A stretch of 41,518 nucleotides of DNA from Bifidobacterium breve (lineage in GTDB: Bacteria > Actinomycetota > Acidimicrobiia > Acidimicrobiales > Ilumatobacteraceae), in the NCBI GenBank assembly GCA_945878785.1, contig CAMDVC010000001.1:1-41518 (forward strand). Reading direction: 5' to 3'. Within the stretch, counting starts at the first letter, position 1. Each line of letters begins with the position of its first letter. Of the stretch, positions 1 to 9,128 are shown piece after piece. Below the pieces are notes generated by a model. The model saw only the letters and a program-made list of their open reading frames with translations, was not told the origin of the DNA and searched no databases. The position numbers were made by a program, and so were the translations under genes.

Positions 1-1679
1 AAAGACCCAGAGGTGACAATCATCTGGTTATTCTCGCGCGTCACTGTTGCAGCAGTTTTTACACCATCAACTTGCACTGCTGTTTGACCAGCAGCAACTT
101 TTTCAACAACTGGTGGCCCAACAGTTGTTGTTGTCACTATTCGGGGCAACGTTGTTGTAGTGACGATTCTTACGGGCAGCGTTGTTGATGTTGTCGCAAC
201 TGGCACACCGTTGGCGCCAAGCACAGGAATCGTTGTTGTCGTTGGTGCAAGGGTCGCAACTGATGCCTGGCCTTGAGCCACCGTTGTTACAGGCGCTTGA
301 ATCACAATTGACAACGCAGGAGCAGCCGTTGTTGTGGTTGTCGTTGTTGTGGTTGTCGTTGTTGGAGCTGGAATTGCAGAGCCTGTGACCGTTTTAGAAG
401 CTGGTTTATAACTCGTACGTGTTACTGCAATAGTCACTGTTGCTGACTCACCAGCAGTTAGACCCGTAACTGTGACACCATCTGTCGACCGTGAAACAGT
501 CCCTTTAGAAGTAGTCAAAACGTACGTATAAAGAGATGAATAGTTCGAGATTGTGAACGTAAACCCTGTCGCTGTTGCGACAGGAGTAGTCACAGCTGGA
601 ACTACGGAATCAGGAAGATCAAGAACTATTGATGTAGCTGCCGACGACACAGATGTTGGCCCAACGCTATTAGTGGCGACTACTGACACCTTGATGTACT
701 TACCGATATCAGCATCAGTCAACACGTAGGCGTTGTTCACTGCAGATGCAATATTGGAATATGAACCACCAGAACTTGAGGAACGTTGCCACTGGTACGC
801 AAATGTTGGCGAACCTGTCCAGGTGCCATTTAAAGCAGAAAGTATTTCTCCCGTACGGGCTGTACCCGTGATGCTTGGGGCTAAAGAGTTAGCCGGAGGA
901 GTTGGAATTCCAGATATGGCCCATTTTGCGCCTAAATACGACTCAAGACTGACTCGGTCAGAACTACTCAACTGATTCGTGACAACAATTTCATTTATTT
1001 CGCCGGTGAAATGTGTATACCGATCAGCCCGTGTACCCACGTAAAAAATTGACGGCACATCCCGATAGGGATAATTGCCAGAGTCTGTTTTCCGCAACGT
1101 GCCATTCAGATATTGCTCAACTTTGGTGGCGCTCATGGAAGTCGAAAGAACTGTTCGGGTCGTCAGACTTCTCATGTCTGCATAGCCGCCAAATCCAGCG
1201 TAACTGCCGGTGGGACCACCAACTAGAAGTGTGTCGTTATAGCCGTCATATGGTGTTGGGTAGTTATTGGTTGTGCGGGTAAACGGATGCGACTGATAGC
1301 CATTCCGTCCACCACCTGAGGCAGTAAACACAACAGTGACTTGCATAGATGTTGGAAAAGAATCGGCCGCCATTGCACCAGTCATAAATCTTGAGTAGTC
1401 GCTAATGCTGATTCCAGCCCCATTAAGTGTTGGCTGAGAACTTGAAGAGGTTTGAACAGCATGGCGAGCATTGCCACTCTTGTCGTTCCATTGAGAAACC
1501 AAACCGCCAGACGATGTGATGGAGGTGGCGTCCGATGCATCAAGCCAAAGACCAAGAGAACTACCCAAAGAGACGGGCGTCCAATCTGCAGCCTGAACTT
1601 TTGAGACGGTCACAGATTGCGAGACAAGAATCAGTGCAGTGGCCATGACTGCTGCACAACGCGTCAACAGTGTTTTCAC
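1..1679 (-). CDS. Secreted LamG-like / Ig-like-repeat surface protein with Thr-rich linkers. The N-terminus is complete and the C-terminus runs off the left edge.
   Basis: Absent from the ORF track because it has no stop codon inside the window. Hand translation of the minus strand from GTG at 1679 (GGGAGA 9 nt upstream; alternative starts ATG 1646, TTG 1715) gives VKTLLTRCAAVMATALILVSQSVTVSKVQA/ADW..., which looks like a signal peptide. This is followed by WLDASD...SQWNDKSGN (typical LamG/Laminin_G_3 opening), an Ig-like module (TGTARTGEILSALNGTWTGSPTFAYQWQRS...KYIKVSVVATNSVG) and poly-Thr linkers. The frame stays open to position 1. Confidence 0.7.
   Translation of the reverse strand, partial: MKTLLTRCAAVMATALILVSQSVTVSKVQAADWTPVSLGSSLGLWLDASDATSITSSGGLVSQWNDKSGNARHAVQTSSSSQPTLNGAGISISDYSRFMTGAMAADSFPTSMQVTVVFTASGGGRNGYQSHPFTRTTNNYPTPYDGYNDTLLVGGPTGSYAGFGGYADMRSLTTRTVLSTSMSATKVEQYLNGTLRKTDSGNYPYRDVPSIFYVGTRADRYTHFTGEINEIVVTNQLSSSDRVSLESYLGAKWAISGIPTPPANSLAPSITGTARTGEILSALNGTWTGSPTFAYQWQRSSSSGGSYSNIASAVNNAYVLTDADIGKYIKVSVVATNSVGPTSVSSAATSIVLDLPDSVVPAVTTPVATATGFTFTISNYSSLYTYVLTTSKGTVSRSTDGVTVTGLTAGESATVTIAVTRTSYKPASKTVTGSAIPAPTTTTTTTTTTTTAAPALSIVIQAPVTTVAQGQASVATLAPTTTTIPVLGANGVPVATTSTTLPVRIVTTTTLPRIVTTTTVGPPVVEKVAAGQTAVQVDGVKTAATVTRENNQMIVTSGS
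328..365. repeat. 15-nt tandem repeat (gttgttgtggttgtc x2 plus a partial third copy) encoding the poly-Thr linker of the secreted protein
   Basis: Direct reading shows identical 15-mers at 328-342 and 343-357, then gttgttgg. On the minus strand this encodes ...PTTTTTTTTTTTTAAP... Confidence 0.8.
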
Positions 1680-1762
1680 AATTGTGTTTCTCCCACTGGA
1701 GCCTGTTTGGCTCAACAGTCACAGACTACAGTGAGGAGTTGAACTCTGTTGTTGAATCTCAT

Positions 1763-2401
1763 ATGAATAAAGCAATAACATTCGCCGAACAGGAAGAGGG
1801 TTCAAGAGTGCCAACAAAGAAGCCAGCAGAGAAGAAGGTAGCCCCAAAGCGGCGGTCGCCTATCTCTAGGGCCGAGGGCGAGCGACGACTTATCCAGGCC
1901 GCCAAACAACTAATCCGAGACAAGCCATTCTCTGAGGTAGGTGTCCGAGATATTGCACTTGTGGCAGACGTAAACCATGGGTTTGTGCATACATGGTTTG
2001 GTGGAAAAAACGAACTGCTTCTGGCCGTGGTTCGCGACCAGTTACTCGCCATGGCGCAAGCTGTGCCTTTGGCAGCGCAAGGTTCGCCCGCCATTAATTT
2101 CTTTGACCCCGATGTGATCTCGGTGGTGCGACTTGTTCTGTGGCTTGACCTTGAGGGCGTTGACACCAGCGGGCTATTTGGAAATATGCCAATCCTGGAA
2201 GCTTTGACCGCCCGCTATGTGGAAATCGAGAAGATTGATCCATCCATGGCCAGAGACGCAGCGCTCCAGGCTATTTCAATTGGTCTTGGCGCTGGAACTT
2301 TCGGGCCATTGCTCGGAATGACCGACATGGACAACATCGTTCCTGTCATGAAACTGTGGCGTCACATTGTCGGGTTGTTGGCCGAACATCCACTGCCGTA
2401 G
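1763..2401 (+). CDS. TetR-family transcriptional regulator
   Basis: ORF 1670..2401. The N-terminal HTH region (RLIQAAKQLIRDKPFSEVGVRDIALVADVNHGFVHTWFGGKNELL) is TetR_N-like. The ATG at 1763 (MNKAITF...) is preferred over the far-upstream start because the latter would overlap the divergent gene's start. The exact start is uncertain. Confidence 0.7.
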   Translation: MNKAITFAEQEEGSRVPTKKPAEKKVAPKRRSPISRAEGERRLIQAAKQLIRDKPFSEVGVRDIALVADVNHGFVHTWFGGKNELLLAVVRDQLLAMAQAVPLAAQGSPAINFFDPDVISVVRLVLWLDLEGVDTSGLFGNMPILEALTARYVEIEKIDPSMARDAALQAISIGLGAGTFGPLLGMTDMDNIVPVMKLWRHIVGLLAEHPLP

Positions 2402-2445
2402 CCTTTGAGTTGAGGGAAATTCGTCTCTCACGTACACAAATCACC

Positions 2446-2567
2446 CCTTGCAGGGTTTGGGTGAAAGTCCCGACCGGCGGTATAGCCCGCGAACCCTCGT
2501 ACTTCGGTGCGAGGGCCGACTCAGTGAAATTCTGAGGCCGACGGTAAGAGTCCGGATGGGAGCAAGG
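2446..2567 (+). promoter_or_regulatory. FMN riboswitch (RFN element) controlling ribD-ribBA-ribH
   Basis: Conserved RFN core strings are present: cagggtttgggtgaaagtcccgaccggcggtatagcccgcga ... gccgactcagtgaaattctgaggccgacggtaagagtccggatgggag. The P1 helix pairs ccttgc (2446-2451) with gcaagg (2562-2567). It lies immediately upstream of the ribD ATG at 2575. Confidence 0.9.
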
Positions 2568-2574
2568 ACACAAC

Positions 2575-3582
2575 ATGACCAATCACGAGACGCTCATGCG
2601 TCGTGCCATGCATATGGCTGCCACCGCGCGTACACACGCGCGACCAAACCCATGGGTTGGTGCAGTCGTTGTATGTGTTGATGGTTCTGTGTACGAAGGT
2701 GCAACTTCGCCACCTGGCGGACCGCACGCTGAAATTGTTGCGATGAACGCTGCGCGTGGTGGGGGCAGTGATCTTCGTGGGGCAACCTTGTATTCCACAT
2801 TGGAGCCGTGCTCTCACACTGGTCGCACGGGTCCGTGTACGCAAGCAATCATTTCTGCTGGCGTTTCGTGCGTTGTAGCAGCAATTGCAGACCCTGATTC
2901 GCATGTTGCCGGAACTGGCTTTTCCACACTGCGTGCAGCAGGAATTGAAGTTGTTACTGATGTGTTAGCTGACGAAGTATCTGCTCAACTTGCGCCGTAC
3001 TTACATCATCGTCACACAGGCCGTCCGTTTGTGATCTTGAAGATGGCAACCACTCTTGATGCTCGTACTGCAATTCCGAATGGTCCGAGATGGATCACCA
3101 GTGAAGAAGCTCGAGTACGTGTGCACCAGTTGCGCGCAGAGAGCGACGCCATTGTTGTTGGCTCTGGCACCGTGCTTGCCGATGACCCCGAACTCACTGT
3201 GCGTCATGTTGATGGCGCATCCCCTCGACGCATCGTGTTGTCACGCAGTGGTGCAGTTTCTGCAACGGCAAAAGTGCAGCCGTGCGATGTGTGGGGCGGA
3301 AGCCTTGAAGACCTGCTTGATTCATTAGGAACTGACGGCGTTCTGCAATTGATGGTGGAAGGTGGCCCAACAGTTGCCACTGCGTTCCACGAACAAGGCC
3401 TTATTAATAGGTACGTGTTTCATATTGCGCCCATTGTGAGCGGCAGCGATAGCGCGCCTGGAGTTTTTGTTGGCGATAGTGCACTCCCCTTGTCTGATTG
3501 CACATTGATATCAGCCACTGCACTTGGTGCAGATATAGAAATCGTTTTAGACCCCATACGAAAGAAAGTAGGAACATCATGA
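2575..3582 (+). CDS. ribD: Bifunctional riboflavin-biosynthesis deaminase/reductase RibD
   Basis: Carries the CMP/dCMP deaminase zinc motifs HAEIVAM and EPCSHTGRTGPC plus a C-terminal RibD reductase domain. It is the first gene after the FMN riboswitch. Confidence 0.9.
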   Translation: MTNHETLMRRAMHMAATARTHARPNPWVGAVVVCVDGSVYEGATSPPGGPHAEIVAMNAARGGGSDLRGATLYSTLEPCSHTGRTGPCTQAIISAGVSCVVAAIADPDSHVAGTGFSTLRAAGIEVVTDVLADEVSAQLAPYLHHRHTGRPFVILKMATTLDARTAIPNGPRWITSEEARVRVHQLRAESDAIVVGSGTVLADDPELTVRHVDGASPRRIVLSRSGAVSATAKVQPCDVWGGSLEDLLDSLGTDGVLQLMVEGGPTVATAFHEQGLINRYVFHIAPIVSGSDSAPGVFVGDSALPLSDCTLISATALGADIEIVLDPIRKKVGTS

Positions 3583-4814
3583 GTGATTCCACCCTTGCCC
3601 CCATTGAAGATGTCATTGCAGCAATTGCTCGCGGAGAGATTGTTGTCATGGTTGACGACGAAGACCGCGAGAACGAAGGCGACTTCATCATGGCTGCCGA
3701 GTTCGCTTCAGCAGAAAAACTTGCATTCATCGTCCGATACTCAACCGGCGTGGTATGTGCACCATTGACCGATGAGCGCTGTGATGAACTGCGTCTTCCA
3801 CTGATGGTGGAACAGAACACAGAAAGCCAGCGCACCGCATTCACTGACACTGTTGACATTATTGAAGGAACAACCACCGGAATTAGTGCTGCGGATCGTG
3901 CAGCAACTCTGCGGGGATTGTCAGACCCGAAACTGACGTTCAAGTCATTTGCTCGCCCTGGCCATATCTTTCCATTACGCGCACGCAACGGTGGCGTTCT
4001 GAAGCGTGCTGGCCATACAGAAGCCAGTGTTGATTTGGCACGTTTGGCAGGTTGTGAACCTGCAGCAGTTATCTGTGAAATTCAGAACGATGACGGCACC
4101 ATGATGCGTTTGCCAGACCTTCGTACGTTCTGCGCAGAACACAACTTGCTGTTGTCATCGATTGCTCAACTTATTGAATACCGCCGCCACAACGAACGCC
4201 TAGTAGAACGAATGGGTGAAGCAGCGGTTCCCACTGAGTTTGGTACGTTCACATGCGTTGCATACAAGAGCACTATTGACAGCATCGAGCACCTTGCATT
4301 TGTCAAAGGAACAATCACCGGTGAAGAACCAATTCTGGTTCGCGTTCATAGCGAATGCCTCACAGGCGATGTCTTTGGTTCACGTCGTTGCGATTGCGGA
4401 CCACAGCTAGCTACTGCAATGCAGATGGTTGATGAAGCAGGATCCGGCGTCATTGTGTACCTGCGTGGCCACGAAGGCCGCGGTATCGGTATCGGCCATA
4501 AGATTCGTGCGTATTCATTGCAAGATGAAGGCTTCGACACAGTCGATGCGAATACTGAATTGGGATTACCGATTGACAGTCGTGAGTACGGCATTGGTGC
4601 ACAAATACTCGCCGATCTTGGTGTGCGTGAACTCAAGCTGATGACGAACAATCCGGCAAAGTACGGCGGCCTTGGTGGATATGGTCTCACTGTCGTGGAA
4701 CGCGTACCACTGAATACCATGCCAACACCAGAGAATGAGGCGTACCTGCGCACAAAGCGCGAGCGCATGGGTCACCATATTGATATGCACGATGGGCAAG
4801 GAGAAGGCAAATGA
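3579..4814 (+). CDS. ribBA: Bifunctional 3,4-dihydroxy-2-butanone-4-phosphate synthase / GTP cyclohydrolase II
   Basis: MSDSTLAPIEDVIAAIARGEIVVMVDDEDRENEGD (DHBP synthase) and HSECLTGDVFGSRRCDCGPQL (GTP cyclohydrolase II). The ATG at 3579 overlaps the ribD stop as ATGA, so the track's upstream start at 3498 is rejected. Confidence 0.9.
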   Translation: MSDSTLAPIEDVIAAIARGEIVVMVDDEDRENEGDFIMAAEFASAEKLAFIVRYSTGVVCAPLTDERCDELRLPLMVEQNTESQRTAFTDTVDIIEGTTTGISAADRAATLRGLSDPKLTFKSFARPGHIFPLRARNGGVLKRAGHTEASVDLARLAGCEPAAVICEIQNDDGTMMRLPDLRTFCAEHNLLLSSIAQLIEYRRHNERLVERMGEAAVPTEFGTFTCVAYKSTIDSIEHLAFVKGTITGEEPILVRVHSECLTGDVFGSRRCDCGPQLATAMQMVDEAGSGVIVYLRGHEGRGIGIGHKIRAYSLQDEGFDTVDANTELGLPIDSREYGIGAQILADLGVRELKLMTNNPAKYGGLGGYGLTVVERVPLNTMPTPENEAYLRTKRERMGHHIDMHDGQGEGK

Positions 4815-5296
4815 CTCGAGCAGGTTCAAGTGGCGCAATGCCAGAACTCAACGGTAAGGGTCTTCGTATCGGGATCGTGTCTGCGCGATTCAACGATCAC
4901 ATCGTGACTGCACTGCGTGATGGCGCTTTGCGCGGGCTTGAGCGTTGTGGTGTTGCCGACAATGACATCGTGGAACATTGGGTTCCTGGTGCGTTTGAAG
5001 TTCCGCTCGCTGCGAAGGTTCTGGCCGAGACCGGAGCTGTTGATGCCGTCATTTGTTTAGGAACCGTCATTCGTGGCGACACGCCACATTTTGAATATGT
5101 CTGTGAAGCAGCGACTCGTGGAGTTCAAGAGGCGCAAATGTCAACTGGCGTACCAGTGATGTTCGGAGTTCTCACATTGAATACTGAACAACAAGCCATT
5201 GACCGCAGCGGCCCAGGCATTGATAACAAGGGCGATGAAGCAGCCATTGGCGCCGTGGAGATGGCGTTGCTGCTCAAAACAATTCGTAACTACTAG
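4811..5296 (+). CDS. ribH: 6,7-dimethyl-8-ribityllumazine synthase
   Basis: GLRIGIVSARFNDHIV...GAFEVP...VICLGTVIRGDTPHFEYV is typical lumazine synthase. The ATG overlaps the ribBA stop (ATGA) and GGAGAAGG lies upstream. An alternative start is at 4838. Confidence 0.9.
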   Translation: MTRAGSSGAMPELNGKGLRIGIVSARFNDHIVTALRDGALRGLERCGVADNDIVEHWVPGAFEVPLAAKVLAETGAVDAVICLGTVIRGDTPHFEYVCEAATRGVQEAQMSTGVPVMFGVLTLNTEQQAIDRSGPGIDNKGDEAAIGAVEMALLLKTIRNY

Positions 5297-5352
5297 AACC
5301 CAGTTCCATTCCCACCTTCGATACGCACACATTGTGAGCAAAGGAGGTGCGC

Positions 5353-5787
5353 ATGTGGTTCATGTGTTCTCTCGTTGTTGCCGCGGGACTCTCGGTAACT
5401 CCTCTTCCTCCCCCCTCAGCCCAAACTGTTGCTGAGAATCTGTTGTTTCGCACTTCCTTGCCGGTTTTTGTGGCTATTGCAGATACAGCAACTCACGATG
5501 TCCGCCTTGATTGGAGCACTGACGGATGTTCGGCACCGATTGTGCAAAGCACAGGACGCAGTTTTGATTTCTATAACGCGTGTCGGCGGCATGATTTTGG
5601 ATACCGCAACATGAGCCGTTTCAAGAATGGTCGTGTGTGGAATGAGGCTCTACGCCTACGTATCGATGGGCAATTCAGAAAAGACGCACGTGCTAGCTGT
5701 ACATCAAAACTTCGACTAACGAAAATGCAATGTTTGGCGTGGGCTGAAACGTACTTTCGGGCTGTGCGCAGTTTTGGTGCGCCATAA
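5353..5787 (+). CDS. Secreted prokaryotic phospholipase A2-like protein
   Basis: SD AAGGAGG (5341-5347) lies 5 nt before the ATG at 5353. The N-terminus is hydrophobic (MWFMCSLVVAAGLSVTPLPPPSAQT). The motif DGCSAP...FDFYNACRRHDFGYRN resembles the His-Asp core of the Streptomyces-type secreted PLA2 family. The mature part has 4 Cys. Confidence 0.65.
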   Translation: MWFMCSLVVAAGLSVTPLPPPSAQTVAENLLFRTSLPVFVAIADTATHDVRLDWSTDGCSAPIVQSTGRSFDFYNACRRHDFGYRNMSRFKNGRVWNEALRLRIDGQFRKDARASCTSKLRLTKMQCLAWAETYFRAVRSFGAP

Positions 5788-5788
5788 C

Positions 5789-6475
5789 TTATGGCATGGT
5801 GATGGCATCAATCAGTTGGTGCAGAAGTCGACCAGTTGCGCCCCATACGGTTTCATCATCTAATTCAAAGAAGTGAATATTGATCTCGCCGCGGTCTGTT
5901 GACCACCACTCATTGCGGTAGGTGTCTGTGCGTGCAAGGTTATGCAATGGCACTGTCATAATGCGCGCTACTTCCCCAGGGTCAGCACGTAATGCGGGTT
6001 CACCTTCGACAAGTGCAATAACCGGCGTGATGTGGCTGTTACTAACGAAGGTGGCGATTGGTTCAAGCGTTCCGATGATTGTGACAACATCATGAGGCAG
6101 TGCAACTTCTTCATGGGCTTCACGCAGTGCAGTTTCATGTGGAGTTTCATGTGGTTCCATGCGACCGCCAGGAAATGAAATCTCACCCTTATGACTACGT
6201 AAATGATCAGCGCGACGAGTGAGTAACACTGACGGAACGTCATTCGTGACGAGTAGTGGAATAAGAACTGCTGATGGTCGAGACGATGCCACCCATTCTT
6301 GTCTCAGATCAAGATTTGCCGGTTGGTCTGAAACAACATGGAGGTGAAGTCGGCGGCTGATTTCTTCCATGTCGTTCAAGACAGAAAAGTCACGGTTCAT
6401 CCATTCAGGAATGTCACCGAGACGCCAATTGTCGGGGCGCGGGATGTTTTGATTACCTCCGCGTCGTTGGCTCAC
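5789..6475 (-). CDS. Nudix hydrolase, CoA pyrophosphatase-like
   Basis: Nudix box GRMEPHETPHETALREAHEEVAL preceded by VLLTRRADHLRSHKGEISFPGG, matching the LLTxR...FPGG signature of CoA pyrophosphatases. GTG at 6475 overlaps the upstream ORF's stop (GTGA). The track start at 6493 (TTG) or the ATG at 6400 are alternatives. Confidence 0.7.
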   Translation of the reverse strand: MSQRRGGNQNIPRPDNWRLGDIPEWMNRDFSVLNDMEEISRRLHLHVVSDQPANLDLRQEWVASSRPSAVLIPLLVTNDVPSVLLTRRADHLRSHKGEISFPGGRMEPHETPHETALREAHEEVALPHDVVTIIGTLEPIATFVSNSHITPVIALVEGEPALRADPGEVARIMTVPLHNLARTDTYRNEWWSTDRGEINIHFFELDDETVWGATGRLLHQLIDAITMP

Positions 6476-6642
6476 GATGCTGTAGGAGTCCAACCAGATG
6501 ATTTGAGCTCAGCAAGAACTTCAGCAAGTCCGGCTGTCTTTAAGTTGGCGAGAATGCGACCTGGCATCTCTTCGCCTTTTTCAAAAAGGTCCCACGCGGC
6601 GATCAATTTATTGAGGTCTGGTGCTGGTCGTTCGAAAGCCAT
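6472..6642 (-). CDS. Small hypothetical protein (~56 aa), helical and acidic
   Basis: ORF 6472..6663. The ATG at 6642 gives MAFERPAPDLNKLIAAWDLFEKGEEMPGRILANLKTAGLAEVLAELKSSGWTPTAS. Its stop overlaps the Nudix GTG (GTGA). It overlaps the upstream membrane ORF by 35 nt. I do not recognise the family. Confidence 0.4.
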   Translation of the reverse strand: MAFERPAPDLNKLIAAWDLFEKGEEMPGRILANLKTAGLAEVLAELKSSGWTPTAS

Positions 6643-6964
6643 GCCCGAAGCGTACCGACACAAAGCCCTGTGTCAGCGCCGCAACGACAAGTGTGAGTCG
6701 AGACGTGAGATCTAATGAAGCAATTACCGCAATTACAACAGCGCTGAGAGCGATACCTATGCCCACTGCCTGGTGAGTACGTGCCGTGAGAACGTGGAAA
6801 GCCGCAAGAGATCCATCAGAGATTGCGGCATTGACGATGATTGCAATAGCAACAACAGCAAGAGCTGCTGGACTAACTGATTTCGACGCTGACATGGCCA
6901 GTGCGAAACCAATGACATATTCACACAGCTGTCCTAGCCACATGCCTTTGGTGCGTGGTTTCAT
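6608..6964 (-). CDS. Small integral membrane protein (3-4 predicted TM helices)
   Basis: ORF 6608..7006. The far-upstream TTG lies inside the groEL terminator hairpin, so the ATG at 6964 (MKPRTKGMWLGQLCEYVIGFALAM...) is preferred. Hydrophobic stretches include AALAVVAIAIIVNAAI and GIGIALSAVVIAVIASL. Confidence 0.5.
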   Translation of the reverse strand: MKPRTKGMWLGQLCEYVIGFALAMSASKSVSPAALAVVAIAIIVNAAISDGSLAAFHVLTARTHQAVGIGIALSAVVIAVIASLDLTSRLTLVVAALTQGFVSVRFGHGFRTTSTRPQ

Positions 6965-6992
6965 GGCTACAGGGTACGCCGTAGAAATATTG

Positions 6993-7019
6993 ATGGCCCG
7001 GACCAAAGGTCCGGGCCAT
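6993..7019 (-). terminator. Putative intrinsic terminator downstream of groEL
   Basis: Perfect 12-bp inverted repeat atggcccggacc / ggtccgggccat with a 3-nt loop, 57 nt after the groEL stop. On the minus strand it is followed by CAATATTTCT, a modest T tract. Confidence 0.6.
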
Positions 7020-7075
7020 CAACGGGAGGCTCTGGGTGTAACACACCCTGAAATGTTTTTATTCCGAAAGGGGAA

Positions 7076-9009
<1,934 letters not shown>

Positions 9010-9051
9010 AATGTTCCTCCGAGAAGTAGGACCGGTCACCCGGTCCGGGGA

Positions 9052-9078
9052 TTAGCACTCGAGGAGTGCGACTGCTAA
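9052..9078 (-). promoter_or_regulatory. CIRCE operator (HrcA binding site) in the groES leader
   Basis: TTAGCACTC-gaggagtgc-GACTGCTAA compared with the consensus TTAGCACTC-N9-GAGTGCTAA shows one mismatch. It lies 43 nt upstream of the groES ATG. Confidence 0.8.
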
Positions 9079-9107
9079 TGATACGGACTAGCGGGCTGCC
9101 TTAGCAA
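9078..9107 (-). promoter_or_regulatory. Candidate sigma-70-type promoter of groES-groEL
   Basis: The minus strand reads TTGCTA (9107-9102), an 18-nt spacer, then TATCAT (9083-9078). The -10 abuts/overlaps the CIRCE left arm, as in other HrcA-controlled promoters. Called by eye only. Confidence 0.45.
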
Positions 9108-9128
9108 CGCCAGACCCGTTTCGGTGTC

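Noticed and set aside
182-388. 68-aa + strand ORF rich in Leu/Gln (MLMLSQLA...LLWLSLLWLSLL)
   Set aside because: It is the antisense reading of the Thr-codon repeats (ACA/ACG/ACC gives TGT/CGT/GGT) of the secreted protein, and so an artefact of the repeat.
3404-3988. 194-aa minus-strand ORF opposite the ribD/ribBA junction, and the 6786-7424 + ORF opposite the membrane gene/groEL
   Set aside because: Both cross gene boundaries of well-supported genes on the other strand and show Ser/Arg/Ala-rich shadow composition.
6131-6154. Exact 12-nt tandem duplication agtttcatgtgg x2 inside the Nudix gene (encodes PHET-PHET)
   Set aside because: I considered a recent in-frame duplication disrupting the Nudix box. 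Counting shows the box G-x5-E-x7-REAHEEVAL has exactly the canonical spacing with both copies present, so it is simply part of a normal motif.
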